DNA from: Octopus vulgaris
Taxonomy: Eukaryota
Direction: 5' to 3'
DNA: 64,000 nt
Assembly (NCBI GenBank): GCA_951406725.2
Contig: OX597831.1
Span: 50,282,001-50,346,000, forward strand
Shown here piece after piece: positions 42,141 through 55,562 of this stretch. The notes beneath the pieces were generated by a model. The model was not told where the DNA came from. It ran no database searches and worked only from the letters and a program-made list of their open reading frames with translations. Each line of letters begins with the position of its first letter. Positions within the stretch are counted from its first letter, which is position 1. A program made the position numbers and the translations under genes.

Positions 42141-42797
42141 AAGGTCAATAAACCACCTACTGGATCTAGCGAACATTTGAATTTAAATATCAACCAAAGA
42201 GATGTAAACCGCAATGATAATCACCAATTACGATGAGTTTGTAGTAGTAGAAATATTTATGATACAGCTAACATGCTAACAACGCCGGTAAGTGGATTTG
42301 GGACTGCCTTATATACAAATAAATACGATAAATGCTCATGCAGAGAAAAATCAAAAGTCCTTTGATGAATCTCTGTATGAGTACAAATCTTGGTTATACT
42401 TTGTAAAAAACGGGAAGTTACATTGCGTAACAGTTATTTTAATGAGTTGTATTTATTTATCACCTGATTTCAGCAGACGGAAACAGAATGAAGTCTATCA
42501 TACATATATATATGAAAGGGAAAGTTGACCTCGGCGGAATTTGAACTCACAACGTAATGGCAGACGAAATACTGCTAAGCATTTCGCCCGGCGTGCTAAC
42601 GTTTCTGCCAGCTCGCCGCCTCTAATTTATTTCACGCTTTGCATGACAACCATACTCTGCGATCTTCAGTTGAAAGTAACATTTTAACAGCTATTTGTAA
42701 AATATTCACTACATTAGCTCGCGTGCTTTCCATACTTTAAACGTCCCGCTCCATTTTTAAAAAAAACTATCGTGAACAAGAAAAATTAAATATAAAG

Positions 42798-43235
42798 TAA
42801 TATTACCATTATTTATAGCAATGATAAGGTGGCTAACAAGTTCACACCGTTACAGGCACAATATAAGCTAAATTATATGTAGGTATCTTTATCTTAATTT
42901 TTATGGTGGATTTGGGAGCGTTAGCTCTGATTTTAGCAAGTGTTATTTTATACCCAACTGAATCTTACAATATATACATATACATTTATGATATATGTAC
43001 ACACAGTCACACGCATATATTCTTTCATTCTTTTATTTGTGTCAATCATTTGACTGCGGCCATGCCGGAGTACCGCGTCTAATCGAAAAAAGCGCCCCCA
43101 TGACTTATTCTTTGTAAGCCTAGTACTTATTCCATCGGTCTCTTTTACCAAACCGCTGGGTTACGGGGATATAAACACACAGACATCGGTTGTCAGGCAA
43201 TGGTCGGGGGCAGACATAGTCACACAAACATATAC

Positions 43236-43291
<56 letters not shown>

Positions 43292-43790
43292 GTATATGTT
43301 TGTGTGACTATGTCTGCCCCCGACCATATATATATATATATATGTATATATATGTATATGCTTGTGTGACTATGTCTGCCCCCGACCATTGCCTGACAAC
43401 CGATGTCTGTGTGTTTATATCCCCGTAACCCAGCGGTTTGGTAAAAGAGACCGATGGAATAAGTACTAGGCTTACAAAGAATAAGTCATGGGGGCGCTTT
43501 TTTCGATTAGACGCGGTACTCCGGCATGGCCGCAGTCGAATGATTGATACAAATAAAAGAATGAAATAATATATGCGTGTGTCTGTGTGTACATATATCA
43601 TAAATGTATATGTATATATTGTAAGATTCAGTTGGATATAAAATAACACTTGCTAAAATCAGAGCTAACGCTCCCAAATCCACTATAAAACTCACGATAA
43701 AGATACCTACCTATAATTTAGCTTATATTGTGCCTGTAACGGTGTGAACTTGTTAGCACCATATCATTGCTATAAATAATGGTAATATTA
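42798..43790. repeat. ~1-kb palindrome centred on (TA)n, each arm holding a family-C SINE 3' half and a PLE-like end
   Basis: 42798-43245 is the reverse complement of ~43345-43790; extra ~60-bp tandem duplication near the centre. Confidence 0.92.
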
Positions 43791-44485
43791 AGAAATATTG
43801 AATTTCTAAATCTCTCGTAGAGACATGTACGGTGGTGGGGCGATAGAATGGTTGTATACTGTCAATCTAACAAGAACGTGACAGTAGGGGGTACACCACC
43901 GCTGTATAGCCCTAGGAAGCATCGAACGCCTCCTGATAGCTTTGACACATTTTTTCCCTGTGTCCTTATATACATATACGAAGGGGAGACAAACACCCCC
44001 GGCCGCCGGAACTGCATCTAGGGACACCGTGTTTCAGGATCGTTGTCCTTCATCGGCCCAATTTTTTCTTGTTCACGATATTTTTTTATTAAATGGAGCG
44101 GTACCTTTAAAGTATGGAAAGCACGCGAGCTAATGTAGTGAATATTTTACAAATAGCTGTTAAAATGTTACTTTCAACAGAAGATCGCAGAGTATGGTTG
44201 TCATGCAAAGCGGGAAATAAATTGGTATTGAAATATACATTACTTGCTGCTGTATTCAACGCAAAGTTAGGCCTATTTCTCATATGTTCATTGCACTGCT
44301 CGTATATATCTTTATCGTTAGTTATATAGTGTCTTTTTGGAGCATTGGCTCTGATTTTAGCAAGTGGTATTTCATACCCTATTGAAACTAATTTATCTTA
44401 TATTGTGCCTGAACTATTTGAACTTGCCAGCCACCTTATTATTACTATAAATAACGGTAATAATATTTCTTATTTATATTAGGAA
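43618..44485 (-). mobile_element. PLE-derived element with hammerhead-like motif at 44017-44061
   Basis: Minus strand TTGGG-CCGATGA-AGGA CAACGA TCCT-GAAA-CACGGTG-TC^-CCTAG; rearranged copy of its end at 44335-44470; (TA)n flank. Confidence 0.6.
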
Positions 44486-44496
44486 ATATACATATA

Positions 44497-44550
<54 letters not shown>

Positions 44551-46121
44551 AGTACATATACGTCTGTATGTATATATGTATGGTGTGTTCTATTATATTA
44601 GAAAATAATATCGTTCTGGGAGAGGATTTTTTGTGCTTTATCTGTTCCACTGAGCATAATCACAACAGTGTACAAACTTTATAAACCCATATTGAGAAAA
44701 TTCAGTATTAAGTTAAGCTTGCTCCAGAGACGCGAGTTTAATAAGCGCACTGCAAAACATGTATCTATTTAATATCATTAATGGAGTCGAAACTCATCTA
44801 TCCATCGATAAGTATCTAAAGTTCATATCTAATACAATAACTTGAGCCGAGCCGATAATTACGAATGTATAATGTAAAGTTGAATACTTCTTCCTACATT
44901 ACATCTTCTGAAAATATTTCAGCATCTATGAGCATGTATAACGAAAATATTTCTCCAAAATGTAAAGTAGGCAGCTGTAATGAACTACAAGGAATCCCAT
45001 GTTGCAAACTCTTGCGAATGACTGAGTTTTTGCGAACCAGGGGTGGTCAAATTGAACAACATCTATTACATCTACACAAACAATTAAAGGAAATAGAAAA
45101 ATATATTAATACTACACTGTGAAAGGTACCCGCAAACTGATATTGCGGCTTCAGTGTCCTGAGAGTCTGCGTTAGACTTGTACTAACTCCAGATTTAGTT
45201 AATCGATTCTCTCAAATATTAATCGGTACTTATTTTGCTACCACTTGTTTGCGAACGTTAATAGCGTGATTTTTACTTATAAGAAAAGTTACAATGTAGG
45301 CATTATAATCCACGTTCTACAATTTTCTCCTTAAATTCTATTTATTTTTGCTGTCACGGTTTTCTGCGGATATAATATTTCCATTTTTCTTCATTATTCT
45401 TATTTTCTTTCCTTTGACAAATTTCTTGGATCATTTGAATTGCATATTTTACGTCCTTTGTAATAAAATTGTTCTTTTTTTTATTTTCTCTACGCTTTGC
45501 ATTTCCTTTCAACCACACGCTTTTCATAATCATTCAACATGCAATTCTTAATTTTTTTCCTTCTATCTTTCATATTTATCGCCGTTTTACCGTATAATGA
45601 ATACAATTTCAAAAGCCATATATGTTCTCTACACCTGTATTTTTTACGGAAATATATTCAAAACTTTACCTTCGCTCGCAATGCTTTTACTTTATGACTT
45701 TTAGAAGATATTATTATAAAGAAACAACAAGTATTATTACAGAACTTGGACATGTGTTATTATATTGAGTGTGTACTGGCATTAGTGTAATTTTCTTCGT
45801 AATCAACGAAGCATAAGTATACTTTACGTGTCAACAATTCCCATATGCGCACAAATACAACTACAAGCAGTACCGTTATATAGTAGCTGCGTAAATATAT
45901 GCAGGTAATATCTTCATCAAAAAATATTTCAGAACTTATTTATAAATATCTTCATTAATTTCATTTTAAGCATTACTGGGCAAAATTTATGTTTTAGTTA
46001 ACGAATATTAAAAATCTTTGGCATTGTTTTACAGAAACTATGCAATTTTACGTACCAAGTTTCCTTATCTCTCCCCCTTTTTGCAACTATGTAAGTATGC
46101 AAATACATACTACATACATGC

Positions 46122-46174
<53 letters not shown>

Positions 46175-46178
<4 letters not shown>

Positions 46179-47080
46179 AGGTGTATTACGAGCATTTATA
46201 GGACACATATCGAAAAGAAACTCAACAAAGAATTAAAGATGGAGAAGAGAAGGTGATAAAAGTTTTAAAAAGAATTTAATCCATGCATACAATCGATTCA
46301 AACGGTAATATTAACATGTAAATAAAATGTTAAAAGAAATCAGAAATTAATTTAATTATAATTATAGTTAAATTAATTACATATTACTGGGCTCCTCAGA
46401 GCGAAAAAGAATACCTCAAAAAAGAAATACATCAGAAAAATATTATCTTGTTGCAGAAGAGTAGATGGTGTCAGTGTCACATAACATATTCGGATGTACA
46501 CAATATCCTTATGAAAGATAAAAACATGAAAATATAGTGTTGTTGAATCTAGTTGTCTATGAACTATAACTCAGTAATTGTTCTCAGTTATAGTTCATAC
46601 ACAACAAGACTAAACAGCACTATTTTAGCATGTTTTAATCTTTCATAAGGATATTATATATACCCGAATATGTTATGTGACACTGACTCCATCTACTCTT
46701 CTGTAACAATGATATTTTTCAGATGCATTTTTTTATGTATTCATTTTTCGCAATGAGAAGAACAGTAATGTGTAACTAATTTAATTATAATTATAACTAA
46801 ATTAATTTTTAATATTTTTAACATGTCATTTACATGTTAATATTACCGTTCGAAACGATTGTATGCATGGATTAAATTCGTTAAAAAATGTTTAACACCT
46901 CTTCTCAATATTCAATTGTTTGTTGAGTTTCTATAGGATATGTGTTCTATAATTGATTGTAACACACCTTATACTTGCAACATTTTCATATTCGAAAAAT
47001 ACAATATGAAGAATTTTTATTAGAAATCGACCTTTGGAACCCCCCTGGTAAAGGACGAAATAGAACTCAACCTTTTCTGA
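46175..47080 (+). mobile_element. Older PLE-type fold-back (800-bp diverged palindrome plus one-sided tail)
   Basis: Arms 46175-~46572 / ~46584-46973; tail 46974-47080; hammerhead remnants 46285-46402 (-) and 46750-46866 (+); microsatellite flanks. Confidence 0.8.
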
Positions 47081-47090
47081 TATCTATCTA

Positions 47091-47148
<58 letters not shown>

Positions 47149-47156
47149 ACTAACTA

Positions 47157-47203
<47 letters not shown>

Positions 47204-47282
47204 GCATACATATATATATATAAATATATATAAATATATAAATATATATATATATATGCACATACATATGTATATATGTATG

Positions 47283-47315
<33 letters not shown>

Positions 47316-47380
47316 GTGTATATATGTATGGAATATATTAATAGATCCGAGAGTTGCGTGCGTGGCAACGATCACATTCG

Positions 47381-47440
<60 letters not shown>

Positions 47441-47441
47441 C

Positions 47442-47486
<45 letters not shown>

Positions 47487-47872
47487 TGTGAGTCTTGGTG
47501 TGTGTGTCTGTCTGTTTATATGTGCGTATGGGGGTGTATATTCATACGTTTGATGCGTCGTAGAGTGCAAACACGCAAAATTCTCATTTCTTAATCGTAG
47601 AAAACCACTTCAGGTCTCTATGTATTCCACAATTCTCGACTCGCTTCAATATTCATAATTCTTCTTGTCAATCATCCGTCTTTCCCACCGATGCTACTAA
47701 TACTAATGTGTTTTCAAAAGCATATTATTCTTTTCTTTTTCTATTTTACTCTCTCCCACCCCTCTCTCTTTCTCTTACTCTCTCTCTTTCTCTGTCTTTC
47801 TCTAGCATTCTTTTCACTTTCACATACTAACATTCATGACGAATAATTATAAGCAGGATATATATATATATG

Positions 47873-47933
<61 letters not shown>

Positions 47934-47957
47934 TTATGTATGTATATATTCATACGT

Positions 47958-48270
47958 GAAGGCGAGTCGCTCAGTGGTTAGGATGTTCGGCTCACGATCG
48001 TAGGGTCACGAGTTCGATTCACGGTGGTGCGTTGTTTCTTTGAGAAAGACACTTTATTATACGGTGCTCCAGTCTGCTCGCGTGGCAAAAATGTGTAGTA
48101 CCTGTATTTCAGGTGGCCAGCCTTGTTACTCTATGAGTCACGCTGAATTATGTGAAGGGGTTCGTGTATCTTTGGGGCGCTCAGCCACTTGCACGTAGAT
48201 TTCACGAGAAAGGTGTTCCGTTGATCTGATGAGCTGGTACATTCGTTGTCGTAAACGACGAAATGTCAGC
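47958..48270 (+). mobile_element. tRNA-derived SINE with family-B type-2 tail
   Basis: GCTCAGTGGTTAGG...GAGTTCGATTC head; TACCTGTATTTCA...TCACGCTGAAT...CTCAGCCACTTGCACGT tail. Confidence 0.8.
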
Positions 48271-49550
48271 TTTTTTAAATATATTCATACATACATACAT
48301 ACATATATATACACGCAGTAACACCCACTTTACACTCGCCATCCCTTATGCTTTGTCAGAAAATTTATTCCACATATTCGCAAATCTTATCACCTTTTCA
48401 TGCTCTTTGTTTAACACCATCACATAAGAGTTACATAGCATCATGCTAAACTCCCAACTAACGAACACCGCTATGGGGCCACACTTGCAAACTTCTATGA
48501 ACCGACATGCATCACACGGAAATGCGCACCACGCCCTATTATGCACACTCTGAGATGTAGAAAAACATTCTGATATTTGAAGTAACAAATATCTTTTCAT
48601 ATCACCCTATACAGAACAGCATTCCCTATTCCTAAACTTCGCTTCCTTTCTTTACTGATTATCTAACCTCGTTGTCATGATTCTTCTTCCTATCTTTTAC
48701 TCCGATGAATGACTAACATCTGAAACGTTATGGTAGTCCTCAATCCCTGCCTATATTGAAGCGTTGACTTTGTTTTTCCTGTATATACATATGCTAATTC
48801 TCAATTCTCGATTACGTCAGCTTCGTTGTTAGGGATACTGCTTTGAATTTCAAAAGAAAAATTATAATTACGTTGGGCAATTTTTTGTGTTTCGTTAAAT
48901 ATAGAGAAAAGAAATAATCACAGAGAAGTTGGAAGCATAAAGAAAACAATGCAAGACGGAAATGAAAGAAAAGTAATTATGAAAAATGACAAACTATAAT
49001 CAATGCTTGTTTTATTTATAGCATTGCAGTTTTTACGTTTTTGATTTAAATGTACAAATTATTAGGGTTGTTCCATCTTCTTCTGCGCATCACTTTTGAA
49101 GGCTTTTGATAAAGATCAGCAATTTCATATTAATTTGAATGTGTACAATTACATATGGTTCAGAGAGGCAATAAATAAACATTAACTAAAGTAGCATGTT
49201 ATAAAATATGTAGTCAAATTTTCCTTTCAAAACTCATATCTTTTACGCCGGAGTCCATTCATAATTAATTCTATTGTTTCTATCGTTAGCCTTCAATTAC
49301 TAGAACGTTAGTTCAACATAATGTAAGAATTTCTTTGATTCAACTACATGATTGTATGATTATGAAAAAAATCTCTCAAAAGCTGTAATTAAGCGGAGCG
49401 TTGTATGCTAGAGAGAGAATTATCGGTTAAGTTCGCATCATATGTAAATTTAAAAGCCGATAAATTTTCTTGTAAAAAGTATCAGCCTACAACAGCGAAG
49501 ACAGCGTGTGAAATTATTTAAATTACACACAAGCATGCACGCACGCACAG

Positions 49551-49598
<48 letters not shown>

Positions 49599-49695
49599 CA
49601 TACATACTTTCATGTACATTTACATATTTATATACACATATATGTACGTGTATATATATATAATACATGCATATGCATACATATAGATATTCATA

Positions 49696-49744
<49 letters not shown>

Positions 49745-49898
49745 TTATTTATTTATACATATGCATGCATAAGTATATATGTATGTATATATATATGTGT
49801 GTGTGTGCGCATATGTGTATGTGTGTGTATAAACACATACGTGGATATACGCAGACATACACACATACAGACATATGCATATATATATAAATATATAT

Positions 49899-50640
49899 CA
49901 AAATAACCAAGAATATACAGAAGTAATGCAGTACGATCGTTTCGTGCAACTCCATTTAATTGAACAATGCAATCATTACATCAATTTAAAATTCAGAGCA
50001 ATCCTCAGCTGCACAAAGACATAGAACGTAATTAAATTAGAACAGATGGATACATTAGTATAATTATACTTAAAATCACCAAGAAGTTAAGGAGATGGAC
50101 AAACAACATGCTGTCTCCACTGCAGCATAGAAGTTACTAAGTTATCAAGAAGATTATACATTGTTACAGACTCTGCCTGTCACTGATTTCTTTTGTTTTT
50201 ATGTAGTCAGTTCTAAATCCTTGCATATCTAAGGCTGAGAGAACAGGGGGAAGTATCTTTTAGGGGTAGGGCTGAGGGAGCAGATAGACATAATAGTTGG
50301 TATAGTCATAAAAATCAAGATTTATTGGAAGCAATATCATGAGGTTTGGTAAAGGAAAACTTAAAACAAGATGCTAGCTGACAATTAAGGGGGTCGCGCA
50401 CTAGCAGACCATTTAAAATGAAACAGGGGAAGTCTTATCATGTAGCACTATAGTTAAATATTTTAAACAATGTTGCTATATTGTATGCAGTTAAAGTTTA
50501 GGGTTATTCAGAAGATTATTAAGAAGAATATTATAAAATGATAGATTTATGAATACTTTTGAGTATATGCAAAACTTTTACCACAATAGAGGGAGGAAAA
50601 CATATTATCCAGAAATAGTTTAATATTTATACATATTGTA
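49899..50640 (-). mobile_element. PLE 3' fragment between microsatellites
   Basis: Contains hammerhead 49927-50013; flanked by (TA)n and (CA)n. Confidence 0.6.
49927..50013 (-). ncRNA. Type-I hammerhead ribozyme with long stem II
   Basis: Minus strand TGCAG-CTGAGGA-TTGC...(58-nt stem II region)...GCAC-GAAA-CGATCG-TA^-CTGCA; 5-bp stem I, palindromic ACGATCGT stem III. Confidence 0.82.
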
Positions 50641-50659
50641 CACACACACACACACACAT

Positions 50660-50724
<65 letters not shown>

Positions 50725-52789
50725 TACATACACTTATATATATATATATATATACATGTCCATATGAAGACGCATATATATGAATATTTTATGTATGTGT
50801 GTTTGTGTAAGTCTGTGTGTGTATGTAAATGGGGAACATACATTTTCCCTGTTTACACACACATGCACACATGCACACATACACACTCATGTTATAACAT
50901 AACATCCCTATCGTGCAATATTATAATATCTCTTTTTTTTAATATATCACACTAAAAACACGAGTATTTTGAAATTTAAGCTTTATTATTAACGATGTTT
51001 TATATTTCCTTATTTCTTTATATCTTATTTCCTTATTTCTTTATATCTTATATCTGTGGATTTAAATCCATTAGACCTTCAGAATCTCATTTTCAAATTA
51101 AAGTGTTGTAATGGCCTGGAGCCTGCGCGTGCTGAGGTAAATCAAATATGGTTTCATTAATAATTTATATCAGCTTAGATGCGACAAATTAATAAATGAC
51201 AACTGTCAAAATTTTTTTAAGCACTGTTTACTGATAACAAATAACTGTCTATAAAAATATTATCATTTGAAAAAAGATCAATTAGAATATTGTCATTTGA
51301 CTATATCACTGTTGCTTGTTGCAGACTTCTCGACATTTAAATATGATGTATTTCTAAACTTTATTCTTAAAGAACATTACTGTTTATGATTCTTCAAGTA
51401 GAACTGTAATCCGCTCAAATTCAAAGGAAATTTGGTGTTAAAATATTTTTTCACATCTTTCCGTTAATGTGGAACTCCCAGTGAACATTTATATGTAATA
51501 TTCCTGTAATTTTTAACTACAATAAATGAGAATTTCCTTAGCTTTTGTTGTGCCATTTGTCGTTCATTTGTTCTGACGTACAAAAAATTAGCGGTCTCAC
51601 AGATTTTGTTTTCAATTGACAGGTTATGCGTTATATCAAATATTCTACCTTTCTCTTCATGTCAGCATTAGTTTCAAAGATTTGTGAGTTTCGTCTCTGT
51701 ACTAGGTTACAAACAGTTAGAGTTATCTGCAGTTCATGATTTATACTCGCTAAGTACACGTTTTGACGGCAAATTTGAAATTATTTCCTTGTACGAATTT
51801 GCCGTTAGAAAGAATTCATTGGTTGATGTTCATTGGTGTTAGTGCTTTCTTTGATTAGACATTTCCTTTCTTTTTCCCTTTTTTCTTATTGGGCCAGGAG
51901 GAGGTGGTGAGGTTATAGTGCCTTACTTCGGTTGAGAGTAAACATGATAAATTTTGTACTAACATGATAAATTTTGTCCTATTATAGACTTGCCTTAATG
52001 GTAGCATATATTTTCGACCTTCCTATATCATGAATGTTTACAAACCAAAAGATATAATTATCAATATTTCTCAAGAAGTCCTGTGTTAAGTTATGGCTAG
52101 TTTCTTTGCCATTTTATTCCTGAAAGCCTTTAATTTCATCGAGGAGTATCACCCATATATTTTCTATTTGGCTAGGCGACAAGAAATGTTCCGCTTAATG
52201 TATAAGCAACAGAATCAGAAAATAAAATGATGTGATTCCGTCTTTTTGTTGAATTTATCTCTTACAATCTCGATATTATATAGTTTTATGTGGACATCAA
52301 AGAAGGTAATTATATTTTAGTGGCTTCTATTGTGAATCTAATGACTGGGTGAAGTATGTTATTAAATACTTGAAGTTCATCTGTCTGATAAATTCCAAAA
52401 CTTTTTTTAAATAGTTGTCCAGAAAGTGTTTTCATTTTCTTCTCACGTATAATCTAATCTTACGACAAATATTTCCATTTTGTTTTCTCTAGTGATGAAA
52501 ACTCAAACTTAATATGCAATGGTGCAACTTTCGCGTTCGCGCATACACACACACACTCGCACACTCACACACACACATACACACACACATATACATGTGT
52601 GTGTATGTATAAATACACATATGCACATAGACATATCTGTGAATATGTGAGAGTACGCGTATATATGCCTGACTGTCTTATCTTTAATTATCTACCTTGC
52701 TAATCAGGTTGATGCAAAATTTGCATTGTATCATATAAAGTAGGCGCCCTCATCAGCACCAGAATATACTTTAGACTTCATCAGTAAAA

Positions 52790-55291
52790 GACATTTTACT
52801 GTAAGAAGTTCAAACATGAGGTAAGTTTTCACCGTTTGGAACTCGATTAATGAATTCAGTTTTACCCCAGAGGAGGTTATAACATTTGCATCGTACTACA
52901 GAAGGTACGTGGAGATTTTAAAACAAGATTGCAAATCATGGCCGGACGAACAAAAAGTGAGATTGTTATTGTGAAAATTAACTCCGTTAGAGCATGAACT
53001 TTACTGCAATTTCATATTGCCCCAAAACCTAATAAAAATTATTTTAAAGAAACAATAGAATATTCGGTAATAAAACTTCTCTATTTAACATTCGAATAAA
53101 GTGTTGGAACATTACGAAAAAAGCGAATGATGATTTTATCACATATGCAAGAACAGTCAACAGGATGTGTGAAAGATCTAAACTCAAAGAACTGAGATGT
53201 TCAATTGTCTTATTTTCGTACAAGGCCTTACAGCAAGCGAAGATACAGAAATTCGAGCAAGAATTATTTCTAAATTGGAACCAGTGAACCAAGATCTAAC
53301 CTTACAGTCCATGTCAGAAAAATGCCCAAGGAACACGATGTAGAAAAATTCAAGAAAAGGATTCTTCAAAAATACAGATATGCCAACCGGAAAAGTACAA
53401 CCAAAATGAGCGGCATGTGCTAATCCATGTTATGGGTGTGGGGGCATTCCTTTCAGAAAAAAGACTGTCAAAAATCAAAAATGTTAAAGATGCTAAAGAA
53501 TTGGTCACAAGAATTCACACTGTAGATCAAAATTACGAAGGTCAAACGTTAAAAGCCTAGAGTGCTCTCAGCGGAAATAAAAATCGACTCCCACATGAGA
53601 AAATTCGCACATAAAAATAAATGGAATACATATCAATCTTCAATTGGAGTTATTTCAATAATAAAAATGGACACATAGAAGAAAAGAGGGAAACCTATTT
53701 TGAGAAAAAGACCGAATCTGCTCGTAGCGTGACTGGCCACAAATTGCATTTCATAGGCGAAATATGAATTGATGTCACATTTCGAGGGAAAACATGCAAG
53801 GCGAATGTCTTCGTCGTCGAAAATACAATCGACGTGTTAGGTACTGATTGATTAGAATTATTCGATTTATGGGACCTCCCCATAAATCTCTATTGTAAAA
53901 GGGTAAATGGTTCTCCTTCTAAAAATAATTCGTCTGAAGAATTATAGAGAAAATTTTAAAATGTCTCTACAAGTACTCTCGGACGAACTAGGTCTATGTA
54001 CTAAGACTGAGAGCCCATGGTTCATAATACATCTCGACTACGCTGGACCAGTGAACATACTATTCAATTGTTGTGGATAGCTATACAAAGTGGCCAGAGT
54101 TATACAGATGTAATAAACTCACATCAAAGACAACAATAAACTTCCTGCACAAGTTATTTGCTCGAGACGGTGTTCCAGATACGTTAATTTCAGATAACGG
54201 AACACAATTCGCGGGATATGAATTCAGAACTTTCTGAAAAATATATGCCATGAAGCACATCTTTACCCTGCCCTACCACCCGAGGTCAAGTGAGCGGGCG
54301 GAAAGTTTTGTTGACACGTTCAAAAGAGCTCTAATAAAAGCTAGGAACGAACTAGATAATGGCGAGATATTAACGAAATATTTGATAGTATATAGAATAA
54401 CGCCAAATCCAAATACTAACTTAGGAAATTCACCAGCAGCGTTCATGTTCCCGTGTAAAATAAAATATATATGAAAGGAAGACAAAAAATACATTTAAAG
54501 GAAATACAAGAAATATTACAAAACATTTCGAAGTAGGACATAAATTTCAATTTAAAAACCACAAAATGATCAAGAAGGCTGGGGGGATGACTGTGTAATC
54601 AAAAGATTAGGTAACATGATGTATTGAATTAAAGGACAACATTAGGAACAAAAGAGAAACCTTAACCAGTTAAAGTTTCGACATACTGAAAAACGAAGTG
54701 TAATATGATATGTTTGACGTGCCAGCACCGAGAGATATTGAACTCCATAGAACTAGCTTCAGAAAAAGAAAACAGACTGAATATCTAAACGAAAAATATA
54801 TTAGATTTTCAAAAAAAAAAAAAAACGGGAAAGTACCAACTGGGGTGCTTAGTACAACGAAAAGAAAAAGTGATGTGTGCAACGAACAATACTCTCTTCA
54901 AAGTTGGGCAACAATTAAAATACAACAGCTAAAAAAACGATGACGGAAAGATGCTGAAAAGGAAAAAAAGAAAAGGAAAATAAATTTTTCTTACTCACTG
55001 TAGTCGAAATCTCAAAAGGGGAGATGTTGTAATGTGAGTTATGACGCCCTCTTGGGGAACATAAACTGCTCCGAGGGAAGGACATATAGTAACGATCAGA
55101 GTGAGTTGAAGGTTCAGAGTTCTAAGTCGAGTGAAGTTCGTCTTAGCTCGCAGTGAAGTCGGAAGGTGCGGGTTGGTTAGTTACCAAGAAATATTGATTG
55201 TTGTTTCGTAAAGATATTTGTTAGTTCTTTACATTGTTTTACTGTTGTTTAGTAATCTTATTTATTGTACGTAACAAATTACGTTACAACA
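52790..55291 (+). mobile_element. Decayed Ty3/Gypsy LTR retrotransposon (gag, protease, integrase, PPT, 3' LTR; RT/RNase H missing)
   Basis: TFASYYRRY....QDC..WPDEQKVRLLL; LGTD.LELFDLW; PW..IHLDYAGP, VDSYTKWPE, PDTLISDNGTQF, PYHPRSSERAESFVDTFKRAL, YRITPN; PPT AAAAGGGGAGA. Confidence 0.9.
55025..55291 (+). repeat. 3' LTR of the Gypsy element
   Basis: TGTTGTAA...TTACAACA terminal inverted repeat directly after the polypurine tract. Confidence 0.85.
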
Positions 55292-55562
55292 GTCATAAAT
55301 GACCATGAGACTATACCTACAAAGTTCCCCTTCAAGGCACAAGTGTGGGCAAGGTTGTTTATGGAAAACTAGCAGTCACCCATGCATACCATCCTACCCT
55401 CTCCATGCCACTGATGTTATCCAATGGAAAGTTAAAGGCCGATGCGGCGTGGCGCCAGCGTGAAATAAAGTGTCCTGTTCAAGAACACAACAAACAGCCG
55501 AGTCCAAGAATCGAACTCACTCCCTCATGATTGTTAGCTCAACACTCTAACCACTGAGGCAG
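55292..55562 (-). mobile_element. tRNA-derived SINE, family D
   Basis: Minus-strand head GCCTCAGTGGTTAGAGTGTTGAGCT...GAGTTCGATTCTTGG; tail shared with 3105-3302. Confidence 0.75.

Noticed and set aside
48698-48735. CCGATGA...GAAACGTT hammerhead-like motif
   Set aside because: Core altered and stems I and II poorly paired; kept only as a probable relic, not listed as a feature.
51623-51683. Possible 61-nt exon (TTTTCAATTGACAG...GTGAGT) encoding MRYIKYSTFLFMSALVSKI
   Set aside because: Splice-like signals arise often by chance in AT-rich DNA; no recognisable protein or neighbouring exons; needs RNA-seq.
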